Source: Octopus vulgaris
Taxonomy: Eukaryota
Assembly: GCA_951406725.2 (NCBI GenBank)
Contig: OX597829.1
Span: 26,040,001-26,104,000 of the forward strand
Direction: 5' to 3'
DNA length: 64,000 nucleotides
The notes under the pieces were generated by a model. That model was not told where the DNA came from. It ran no database searches and saw only the letters and a program-made list of their open reading frames with translations. A program made the position numbers and the translations under genes. Positions 1-10,290 of the stretch are shown here, one piece after another (position 1 is the first letter of the stretch; every line of letters begins with the position of its first letter).

Positions 1-260
1 TCCTGGTACAAACCAAAACTACATCTCATCTATTCTCTTCCTAATTAATTGAGCTATAACTCTTTCTGCTTCTTATTTGAATTAATTGAGCTATAACTTT
101 GTCTGTTACTTTTATATTCTGGTTCATCAGTTTGATAGTTCTATAAAATATCTCATTTGCCCATGTACTTCACAGTATCCATGATGGATCTGCTGCTTAC
201 TCTCCCTTCATATACTTAATGACCATTTAACTGTTAATTTCAATAATTTGTCCCTATGTT

Positions 261-530
261 CGTTCGCCAGCCTCGTCTGGCACCTGTGTCGGTGGCACAA
301 AAAACACCATCCGAGCGTGGCCGTTCGCCAGCCTTGTCTGGCACCTGTGTCGGTGGCACATAAAAAGCACCCACTACACTCACGGAGTGGTTGGCATTAG
401 GAAGGGCATCCAGCTGTAGAAACACCGCCAGATCTGACTGGCCTGGTGCAGCCTTCAGTCTTCCCAGACCCCAGTTGAACCGTCCAACCCATGCTAGCAT
501 GGAAAGCGGACGTTAAACGATGATGATGAT
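261..530 (+). mobile_element. SINE-like repeat family B, 3' part with (GAT)n tail
   Basis: ggagtggttggc.ttaggaagggcatccagctgtagaaac...ggacgttaaacgatgatgat is shared with 18625-19031 and, inverted, with 42140-42392 and 2886-3090. Confidence 0.8.
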
Positions 531-840
531 GTTCCATTATTGCCTTGTGAACTCAAGTATTATGGCTTCAATTTTCTTGCCTTCTGAGGCACAATAATTT
601 AAATGCCTGTTCTTTCAACTAGATCTGAATGGATAATTTTATGTAGCATCCAAATATTATTGCTTTGTTATTAACACACACACACACACACACACACACA
701 TGCGCATGCATGCATGCACACAAACACATGCATGCACATGTTTGAACAACAAACTTGAATGAAACGCTCAAATATGTAGTCATGAACATTCAGACACTAA
801 AACTTACATGTTCATATATTCACATATGTGCGCACACATA

Positions 841-1250
841 CTCTTTACTCTTTTACTTGTTTCAGTCATTTGACTGCGGCCATGCTGGAGCACCGCCTTT
901 AGTTGAGCAAATTGACTCCAGGACTTATTCTTTGTAAGCCCAGTACTTATTCTATCGGTCTCTTTTGCCGAACCGCTAAGTGACGGGGACGTAAACACAC
1001 CAGCATCGGTTGTCAAGCAATGCTAAGGGGGACAAACACAGACACACAAACATATACACACACACTTATATATATATACATATATATGACAGGCTTCTTT
1101 CAGTTTCCGTCTACCAAATCCACTCACAAGGCATTGGTCGGCCCGGGGCTATAGCAGAAGACACTTGCCCAAGATGCCATGCAGTGGGACTGAACCCGGA
1201 ACCATGTGGTTGGTTAGCAAGCTACTTACCACACAGCCACTCCTGCGCCT
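841..1250 (-). mobile_element. tRNA-derived SINE family A (full length)
   Basis: Minus-strand head ggcgcaggagTGGCTGTGTGG (A box)...GGTTCAGTCCC (B box), then cttgggcaagtg, an internal TA/CA tract and a (gagtaaa)n tail. Near-identical copy at 35231-35663. Confidence 0.85.
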
Positions 1251-1589
1251 ATACCCACATATATACACACACACACACCAATACCCACATATATACACAC
1301 ACACACCAATACCCACATATATATACACACACACACACACACACATATGCACTCATACTTCTACGCCTGTATGCACATTTTTGAGCAAGAACTGAAAGGA
1401 AGTTAATGTATAAGCAAAAAGCTAGTTGTGTCTGTCTGTGTTGTATCTCACATACTTTTGTTGGAGGAAATGAAATTGCACAAGATTTTTGTGTACACTG
1501 ACTACCATCAGAGGAAACATTTGTATGTACTAAGGGGAGCTATTAGGATATATTTGAGTCAGTAATATATGAGACTAACTTTAAGGACA

Positions 1590-1792
1590 GATTGTTAGCA
1601 CACTGGGCAAAATGATTAGCTGCATTTTAATCTGTCTTTATGTTCTTAGTTCATATTCCACCAAAGTTGACACTGCCTTTCATCCTTTTGGGCCCAATAA
1701 GATCAGTACCAGTTGAGCACTAGGGGGGTCAATGTCATCGGCTTACCCCCTCCTCAGAACCCACTGGTCTTGTGCCAAAATTCGAAACCAAT
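1590..1792 (+). mobile_element. Nin/Deu-domain SINE family D, decayed
   Basis: gcctttcatccttttggg...gatcagtaccagttgagcac core, homologous to 20720-20925 and 51775-52140. Confidence 0.65.
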
Positions 1793-1848
1793 AAGTGAGA
1801 CTTAAGAGAGACTATATGTGCAAATTTCTTAAAAGAACCTAGAGGTCC

Positions 1849-1881
<33 letters not shown>

Positions 1882-2189
1882 GGTGGGCATGCTTAACTGA
1901 ATGATAAATCATCTGTAATATAGCTTTTAGTATTATTTTATGAGGTCACTAAGAAGGAACATTGTTGTACATTAACCTCCATCTCTTTGACTAACTTATT
2001 AATGAAAAGGTATTTATACATCACGACACATTGATGAAACACTTATTAAATATATAGTGTTCCTACTACAGCAATATTTCACCTCCACATCCTACTTTCT
2101 TTTTAGGAAAATATATTTTGTTGTAGTTCCTAGAGTTGATGTAATTGACTAGCCCCTCCCCCAAAATTTCAGGCCTTGTGCCTATAATA

Positions 2190-2537
2190 GAAATTTTGAG
2201 ACCCCCCCTTCTGTCACAACACAAACCATGGGATTGCACCTGGAAAGTAACTCTCCCAGGCACAAGTCCGGGCAAGGTTGTTTATGTAAGACTAGCAGTC
2301 AACCATGCATACCAGCCTCCCCTCTCCGTGCCACCAGTGTTATCCAAGGGAAAGGCAAAGGCCAATACAGCTTGGCACCTGTGATGTTGCAATTCATTTC
2401 TACAGCTGAGTGAACTAGAGCAACGTGAAATAAAGTGCCTTGCTCAAGAACACAACTTGCAGCCCTGTCCGAGATTCAAGCTCACAACCTCACAATTGTA
2501 AGCTCGACGCTCTAACCACTGAGCCATGCTCTTTCAC
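2190..2537 (-). mobile_element. tRNA-derived SINE (distinct family)
   Basis: Minus strand reads gcaTGGCTCAGTGGttagagcg (A box), a B-box-like gcttgaatc, then cttgagcaaggcacttta...cactcagctgt, a typical central SINE domain. Confidence 0.7.
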
Positions 2538-2885
2538 ATAATAGAAAATATTGTTATTATTATTATTATTATAACAATTTGTAATTAATACTGTAATATG
2601 TGAATATTATGTTCATGTTGATGTCATTTAGCTCTAGGTTGACCTTGATTGAGCAAATTTATGTTCAAAGACATTTTGGCTACAAGTAACATGGATTTTT
2701 AAGTGTATCTAGGACTACATTACAAAATGTGTCCTTCGTATTTGTTGAATACATTTGATGTAATCTGAAGAAAATTTGTCTGCTATTTCAAGTAGAAGTT
2801 CCCTAACTGATCAATAACAGTCATATGTTAATATAACATATGTTAATATATATGTTGCTAAAACACAATATGCTAATGTATTCTT

Positions 2886-3350
2886 CATCATCATCATCAT
2901 CATCATCGTTTATTGTCTGCCTTCCATGTTGGCATGAGTGGGATGGTTTGACAGGAGCTGGCCAGGCAGAAACCTGCACCAGACTTCTGTGACTGTTTTG
3001 GCAGGATTTTTACAGCTGGATGCCCTTCCTAACATCAACCACCCAGCAGAGTGGACTTAGTGCTTTTTACGTGGTACAAGGACAGGCGATTATACATATT
3101 AATATATATGTTATTGTAGTATATTTAATGTAATCATCATCATCATCGTTACCATTGTCATTTAACGTACAAGTTCCATGCTTGTATGGTTTAGCTAGTT
3201 TGACAGGGTCCAAATGGGATCAAGGACAAACATGATACTCCAGTGTTTGTTCGGCATGATGTCTATGGCTGGATGCCCTTCTTAATATTTACCACTTTAC
3301 AGAATGTGCCGTAAGTATTTTACCATGGCATTACCACTAGTGAAGTTGCT
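2886..3350 (-). mobile_element. Two decayed family B copies
   Basis: (CAT)n followed by ...gctggatgcccttc.taa motif, twice (2886-3090 and 3134-3350). Confidence 0.6.
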
Positions 3351-4091
3351 ATGCAGCTTGCAAGACTATGGGTCCTAAGAGGAGAAGGGTAAGGAATTGT
3401 ATGTTAGGAAAATAAGGAGTAGAGAGGAGTAATATGTGAGAATTGAAGGACTAGAACAGAATGCTTTTCTTGTTGTAGAGGAACAATACAACTACTTACA
3501 TTTGTAGTTGGTGATAAAAAGTGCCAAAATGCCAAATGTTAATATAATGTAATAAGATGATAATGAATTTATAAATACTTGTACATTATTACTATTTTAA
3601 ATACTTATTATCACCATAACTTATTGTACAATAATTTATAACACCTGCAACATTACCTACCCCATGTTAAGTGTTTACAACCAGGTGAATTGGACATGAT
3701 CTATCACACTTATAGGAATAAGTGTGATAGATCATGCATATATTATGCATGAGTATGAATAAGTGTCATAGATATTTGCACATATTATGCAAGTAGATTC
3801 AAAACATATACCGCAAGGAATAAATATAGATGATTCAAGGCAATAAGTGAGCTCTACATACTTACCTGGTTTTCTAGAAATAGAAACCAAATCTTTCTCA
3901 AATTTTTCATTTCATCTTGATATTTATGCATTCCCAATCAATTATATACGTTTTTATTATTTTTTGCAATTTACTTAATCTTTGACATTTTATTGTTATT
4001 TTAATTTCAAGTTTTCTATTATATGTAATTTTCTAGATGGTGTAATTTAATTGTTCATTTTGAATTGATAAAGGGTGGTCTTTTTTTTCTA

Positions 4092-4146
<55 letters not shown>

Positions 4147-4149
<3 letters not shown>

Positions 4150-4668
4150 TCTACCTCTCTCCTCTCTCTCCACATGACCGGTTTTCAGCCAAGCCTGACA
4201 TTTCTTTCTTGGTTTGACTATCATCTGTGCAACATCTATATTCCTCCCCATACTTGTCATATCTCTTATGTTCCTGTGTAAGGCTTCACTTCCACACTCA
4301 CCAGCTAAATTTAATTCGACCTTAATCAAATGATACCTGTTGTTAATGTCCTGTTATTTGCATTTGTATTTGTGTACCATTTCTCTGGGGTTTTTTTTCT
4401 GTCCTTGTTTTCGTATACATTCGGTGCTTTCTTCCAAGGAATCTAGTACTCTTAGCTTAGTTTTTCCTTGGGGCTAGCCAGATTGGAGCAATCTCAAGTA
4501 TAACCAGCCGAAATTGCAAAGATAATCTGGAACTCAACTGAGGAAAAATAAATCCGAATGACCCAGCCTTGCTTTTTCTTGTGCTTTTTTGTATCATCTG
4601 TCTGGATGTTTTGTTGTCCTCTTTTTGTATCATCTAACTTTTGCGTTCTTGTCCCATTTTTTGTATTC

Positions 4669-4672
<4 letters not shown>
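4147..4672. repeat. Interspersed repeat between (TA)n tracts; inverted paralog at 13500-13710
   Basis: ttggggct.gccagattggagcaatctcaag...gaatgaccc...ttttgcgttcttgtcccattt matches the reverse complement of 13500-13710. Confidence 0.7.
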
Positions 4673-4730
<58 letters not shown>

Positions 4731-4738
<8 letters not shown>

Positions 4739-4830
4739 GTGTGCATGTATATACACATGTATATACATGTGTGCATGTATATACACATGTATATACATGT
4801 GTGCATGTATATACACATGCATATACATGT
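4731..4830. repeat. 30-bp minisatellite x3
   Basis: atatacatgtgtgcatgtatatacacatgt repeated at 4731, 4761 and 4791. Confidence 0.85.
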
Positions 4831-4998
4831 ATGTATATATATGTATGTGTTTTAATCGAAGTGTACAGTATTATATAGCCATTACAGCTGATCTTACCAA
4901 TCGGTTTTGCACTGTTGGGTCAATAGAATGTTAGGTAGCAGTCCAATTATTTAACCCTGCACTCTTCAGAGATGATAGTTATGAAATGACATGTGTGT

Positions 4999-5039
<41 letters not shown>

Positions 5040-5368
5040 TATGTATGTATATATATATATATGACTTGCTGAAGGCTTCCTTGTGAGATGCTTGCATCTC
5101 CCCTGACACATGGGAGGGTATAGCTATTGACTGTAGTAGGTAGAGAAGGATTATGCATGTGGGGAAAGCTATTTTTGAAAAACCTTGAGTTGTGTATGAG
5201 AAAGTAAGGAGAGATGTTAGGAAGGGAATCGCTGTTGTACTTCCAGACAGTAAGGGTCTTCCTATGAAGCTGATATGCAGTGTCTGTGCAAGACACTGCC
5301 TCAGTAAAGCTGGACTCAAGAGTCATCTTCATACTCATATCTGTTAGGCATGTGGAAGGGAGTGTAAT

Positions 5369-5412
<44 letters not shown>

Positions 5413-5414
5413 CA

Positions 5415-5448
<34 letters not shown>

Positions 5449-5456
5449 ATATATAG

Positions 5457-5630
5457 GGTAAGATGAAGACAGGTGGTGTAGACAACAAACAGATGTATTA
5501 GTATAACGCTCGGGAAGTGAAAAGGTCTTTAACGTTTTGAGCTTACGCTCTTACACAGAAAGAAACAAGGAAAGAAAATTAAGAATGTGTAGTAGCTAGT
5601 GATCTATCATGACGAATGCTGGACAGAAGG
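5457..5630 (-). mobile_element. Short Penelope-type non-coding element with decayed hammerhead; paralog of 60301-60520
   Basis: gacaggtggtgtagaca.caaacagatgtattagtataac.ctcgggaagtgaaaa.gtctttaacgttt.gagc is shared with 60333-60430. Confidence 0.7.
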
Positions 5631-5807
5631 GTCACACAGGAGAGCTAGAGAGAATGGGAGATAGTAAAGTAGTGGTGATCCAAAAACGAAGGTGCCCATG
5701 CATGTGCATAAGAGAGTTTGTATGTGTGTGGTGGAAGAGGGCTGATGATCTTGATGTGTGTGTATGTGTAGGTGTGAAAATGTGGTCAGTGCTGATGTGT
5801 GCATGAT

Positions 5808-6179
5808 GGCGTGTGGTACCTTGGGCAGGTATCTTCTACTATAGCCTCAGGCCGACCAAAGCCTTGTGAGTGGATTTGGTAGATGGAAACTGAAAGAAGC
5901 CTGCCATATATTTGTGTGTGTATATATATATATAGATAGATAGATAGATAGATATATGTACGTGTGTGTGTGTATATGTTTATGTGTCTATGTTTGTCCC
6001 CCAAATATCGCTTGACAACCGATGCTGGTGTGTTTACGTCCCTGTGACTTAGCAGTTCAGCATAAGTGACCGATAGAATAAGTACTAGGCTTACAAAGAA
6101 TAAGTCCTGGAGTTGATTTGCTCGACTAAAGGCAGTGCTCCAGCATGGCCACAGTCAAATGACTGAAACAAGTAAAAGA
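5808..6179 (+). mobile_element. SINE family A copy (5'-truncated, CpG-decayed)
   Basis: Matches 35290-35640 with CpG to TpG/CpA changes. Confidence 0.8.
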
Positions 6180-6446
6180 ATATATATATATATATATATA
6201 TATAGTTGTAATTTACAGAAAAACAGATGACAACATACACATATGTATGTGTATATTTTAGTTGTTTGTGATATTGTCTGATTTGTAAGTTTCCCACTGT
6301 AAATCCTCACTGACCATTGTCTCTGTATTGTAGTAAATATTTTTGCGTCTTTTGTGGCCAATTATTTTCATTATTATTGGTATTGTTGCTGTTGTTGATA
6401 TTATTATTATTATTACTATCATTGTCATTATTATTATTATTGTTAA

Positions 6447-6464
6447 TTTTTCTATGTTTTTCAG
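6447..6464 (+). promoter_or_regulatory. 3' splice acceptor of the coding exon
   Basis: Pyrimidine tract plus CAG at the point where intron-like (ATT)n sequence switches to the open reading frame. Confidence 0.65.
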
Positions 6465-8075
6465 AGACCCGAATCGGAATTGCGGTTTGACAATAGGGCA
6501 GCACAAGGAGAGCCAACAAATAGAATAGCCGAAACTATGATTGAGAACAGTCGGAATTTCCCCTCTTCTGGAAATACTGCATTTCTCGTGCCTTCCATTT
6601 CAGCCACTCCAATGCCACCATCATTGACATCATTTTCTCAGTCACAGTCTATGACAGCACCCCTTCTAACAACACCATCTATCGATGGAGCCCTGTCCTA
6701 TTCAGACAACAAACACCACCCTTACCCTCCGATACCTCTTAGACAAAGAGACTTACCAGCTTCCTTTTGGCAGGAGCCAAACTCACAAACCAGACAACGC
6801 TGTCTTGACCACTTAGCAGCGGCTGCTGCTGGACTATCTCATACCTCTCTCCAATCTCGTTCTTCCACACTTTCAGGATCTTCTCAATTAGCATCAAATT
6901 CTTTCCTGTCTTCATCTCCAATGTCTTCCAGTAACTCTCATTTCCTTCCCTTCCTTGCACTCTATCCAGATCTTATGTTGTCCAACACTGCTTTTAATCG
7001 TTATGTGCGCCGACCCTCTCAGCTGAATCCAGCAGGAGATCTTGCATCATCAACTCCCTTGAATAGACTCAAGGGTGGAACTTTAAACAGTAGCATTGGT
7101 GATGCTGTCCAACAGAATGGAAGATTAAATCCATACAGTGCTCAAAGGACTCAGTCACGTTTCCCAATTACAGAATATCTTTACAATATGTACGGTTCTA
7201 AATATCGCTATGCAAACCCTGTTGTTTTACAGCAAACTCCACCACTTTCTGAGAAAACCTGGGATGATGTACGTATCAAAATGATTGAAGCTAATAACAG
7301 GAGTAATACTCACCACTCCACTGAAGCCAATGAGAAGTTAAACTCTAATAAAAACTCTAAACATGACGACATAGTAAACAACCCTATAAACAGCCAAATA
7401 TATTTGAAACGGAGGGCTTCTGATAACCACATCAAGTCATTGGATGACAGCGTTCTGCCATTATTGTCTTTGCAGTCATTGCAAACCTCATCCTCCTCTT
7501 CCTCTCCAACTGATAAAAATGCTACTATTAAAACAGCTGGCACTGCTCTCTCTGAGAGAGCTGCTGACTTTAGTTTGCGGTTGTCAGACTGTTATAAATC
7601 ATCAACCAAACATTCGCCCCATTCTCGCCTTTCTGATGGCATGCTCTTTGATAATTCTGTAAATGACAGTGACCAGCTGAACAATGCTCGGTGTGTCTGC
7701 TGTGATGTTCTGAAAGATTCCTGTCCAAATCAACCAAAAAGAAACAACAGTAACAGCCTTAGCCAGACCAATAATGGAACATCTGTGAGCACAGCCACAA
7801 ATGACAATGCTACTCTTGCTACCACTAATAATTCCTCAAATCCTGGTGAACTTGGCTTTCTTCCATATTTCCAGGTTTTCCCCCACCTGTGGCCACCATT
7901 TCCTCCCCCTCTACCTCCTTCAGCAAGTCTATCTTTAGCAGCAACAGCTACAGCCAGGGAAAGATATCTCCCAGATAATATATATGCCTACAGTAATCAA
8001 GAACGTAGCATCCGTTTAATGAGGCCCAGAAGCACTCTAGGAGCTCGCTACCATCCCTTTGGTGATGTTCGTTAA
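6465..8075 (+). CDS. Large coding exon of a low-complexity (Ser/Asn/Pro-rich) protein with a YAP/Yorkie/FAM181-type TEAD-binding omega-loop; FAM181-like candidate
   Basis: The only long non-repetitive, non-transposon ORF (531 codons, TAA at 8073-8075). It is preceded by a polypyrimidine tract and CAG acceptor (ttttctatgtttttcag, ending 6464), with an in-frame stop at 6444-6446. First ATG is at 6537 (aaactATGa). Motif IPLRQRDLPASFWQEP (6732-6779) resembles YAP PMRLRKLPDSFF and FAM181A PMRKRQLPASFWEEP (recalled from memory). C-terminus is RPRSTLGARYHPF. Confidence 0.85.
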   Translation, partial: RPESELRFDNRAAQGEPTNRIAETMIENSRNFPSSGNTAFLVPSISATPMPPSLTSFSQSQSMTAPLLTTPSIDGALSYSDNKHHPYPPIPLRQRDLPASFWQEPNSQTRQRCLDHLAAAAAGLSHTSLQSRSSTLSGSSQLASNSFLSSSPMSSSNSHFLPFLALYPDLMLSNTAFNRYVRRPSQLNPAGDLASSTPLNRLKGGTLNSSIGDAVQQNGRLNPYSAQRTQSRFPITEYLYNMYGSKYRYANPVVLQQTPPLSEKTWDDVRIKMIEANNRSNTHHSTEANEKLNSNKNSKHDDIVNNPINSQIYLKRRASDNHIKSLDDSVLPLLSLQSLQTSSSSSSPTDKNATIKTAGTALSERAADFSLRLSDCYKSSTKHSPHSRLSDGMLFDNSVNDSDQLNNARCVCCDVLKDSCPNQPKRNNSNSLSQTNNGTSVSTATNDNATLATTNNSSNPGELGFLPYFQVFPHLWPPFPPPLPPSASLSLAATATARERYLPDNIYAYSNQERSIRLMRPRSTLGARYHPFGDVR

Positions 8076-8139
8076 AACAATTATATTTATAAGATAACAA
8101 ATCGATATATGTGTGTAGGTGTGTGTTTGTATGGTTGCC

Positions 8140-8173
<34 letters not shown>

Positions 8174-8477
8174 TATACATTTATATATATATACACACAC
8201 ACATACATACATTATATATATATGTATGTGTGTGTGTATATATATATATGCATACATACATACATACATACATACATACACAAACACACATATGCATATA
8301 TGGTTTATTAAAACTGAATTTTTATCACATGATTTGAGTTTTAACCCACCTTCATCTTCAGGCAAGAAGGCCTCAGTCAGTAGTGTGAAACTCAAATTGC
8401 AAGTTAAAATTTAAGTTTCAATGAGCCACATACTCTACAACATATATTTAGCCCAATTCAATGTTTGTATATGTATG

Positions 8478-8584
<107 letters not shown>

Positions 8585-8585
8585 T

Positions 8586-8655
<70 letters not shown>

Positions 8656-8789
8656 GTGTATGTATATATATGCATGTGTATATATATGTGTGTATATATA
8701 TATATGTGTATGTATATATATATATGTGTATATATATGTATATGTATGTATGTGTATGTATGTATGTATATATATATATATATGTATAT

Positions 8790-8827
<38 letters not shown>

Positions 8828-9239
8828 GTATGAGTGTATGTATGTATATTTATGTTTGTGTGTATGTACAGAGCAGGGAAGAGAATTTAGAAAAATAAAA
8901 AAAAAAAGCTGCTCCTCCCAAACAACTAAATTTTACAAATGTACCCGAAAATATGTGACAAAATTACTTCATAAATGATTAATGGAAAAACAAAAACCAT
9001 ATGAAAAAGAAAGTGAAAGTAAAAAAAAAAAAAAAAACAAGTGGGATTAAATATATCTTTTATCCAATTGGAAATATGTTTTTGGCTGCACTGTATATTT
9101 TTCATCACAAATTTGACTGACTGAATAAAGGTTTAAAGAATATGAGAGAGAAAGAGTGAGAGAGATAAGGGAGAGAGAGGGGGGAGAGAGTGGAAAACAA
9201 GAGGAGAAAAATAGTGAGCATAATAATAATAATAGTAAT

Positions 9240-9460
9240 AATCTTTTCTACTCTAGGCACAGGGCCTGAAATTTTGGGGGTGGGGGTGGCTAGTTGATTA
9301 CATTGATCCCAGTGCTTCACAAGTACTTATTTTATTGACCCTGAAAGGAAGAAAGGCAAAGTCAATGTTCGTGGAGTTTGAACTCAGGATGTAAGGATGG
9401 ATGACATGCCACTAAGCATTTTGCCTGGCATGCTAACAATTCTGTTAACTCATCACTTTA
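9240..9460 (-). mobile_element. Nin/Deu-domain SINE family D
   Basis: gtacttattttattgaccctgaaaggaagaaaggcaaagtc...tttgaactcag is the reverse complement of the family D core. Confidence 0.7.
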
Positions 9461-9989
9461 ATAATAATAATAATAATAATAATGCCTAACATTGATAATA
9501 TTAATAAATAGTAATAATAATAATGATAATTAAATAAGCAAAAAATATCTGAAATATCAAAACTTAATTAAAAGATAGAAATTTTTCTGTTAATTCATAT
9601 GATCAAAATTGTGTTAATGATTTTACAAGTTAATGAGCCAAGTTTTTTTTTTTGTAAATGTCCTCAATCAAAACAATTAAAACAAACAAAATAACTCCAT
9701 TTACGGTTCTGTTCAAAGGTGTTGATTAAATAGTTATAGCAATTATGTCTAAGGCCATGATGGAGCAGATTTATACATACATACATATATATATATATGT
9801 ATGTATGTATATATATTATACATGTGTACATACTTGTACATGTATATGTATGTCTGTGCATGCCACATGGAGTATATATGTATACACTTATATGTGTAAA
9901 TGTGTATGTACTGAGTGCCATAGATATTAGGTAGAGGAAGCAAAATCACAATATTAATTTTAGTAAAAATGACAAAGATAACCAGAATG

Positions 9990-10135
9990 TTGAGATTGAA
10001 TACATAAATAATTTTTTTGATAATAGGCACCTTAGAAATGATTAAAACACAGAACAAATACATAACTAAAATCCCAGGACTTACTGACACATATAACAGA
10101 CATAAAATAGCCCTACTTGGTATTGTACACATGTA
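9990..10135 (+). mobile_element. R4/Dong-type LINE 3' fragment, decayed
   Basis: ataataggcaccttag...aaaatagccctacttggtattgtacacat is homologous to 39320-39435. Confidence 0.55.
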
Positions 10136-10237
10136 AATATTGCATAGAGTACTGCAGAATATATATATAAATTGACAGAATGAGATTAAAAAAAAAACCA
10201 AGGCAGTAAATAGACTTCGTAACATTTATCAAGGAAA

Positions 10238-10290
10238 GGTCTTACAGCTGTTTCCAGGATATTTTATATATATCCCTTCATCAGAATCGG
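10238..10290 (-). ncRNA. Minimal hammerhead ribozyme motif (stem I degenerate)
   Basis: Minus strand: CTGATGA a gggatat atataaa atatcct g GAAAC AGCT GTA. Confidence 0.6.

Noticed and set aside
3858-3869. ATACTTACCTGG, matching the U1 snRNA 5' end or a perfect minus-strand splice donor
   Set aside because: The match stops after 12 nt, with no U1 body and no credible adjacent exon.
4535-4572. CTGAGGA...CGAATGACCC hammerhead-like string (and its paralog near 13585-13622)
   Set aside because: GAAT instead of GAAA, and no complementary stem I could be formed.
6739-7543. Antisense and alternate-frame ORFs overlapping the main exon
   Set aside because: Short shadow ORFs with no recognisable motifs.
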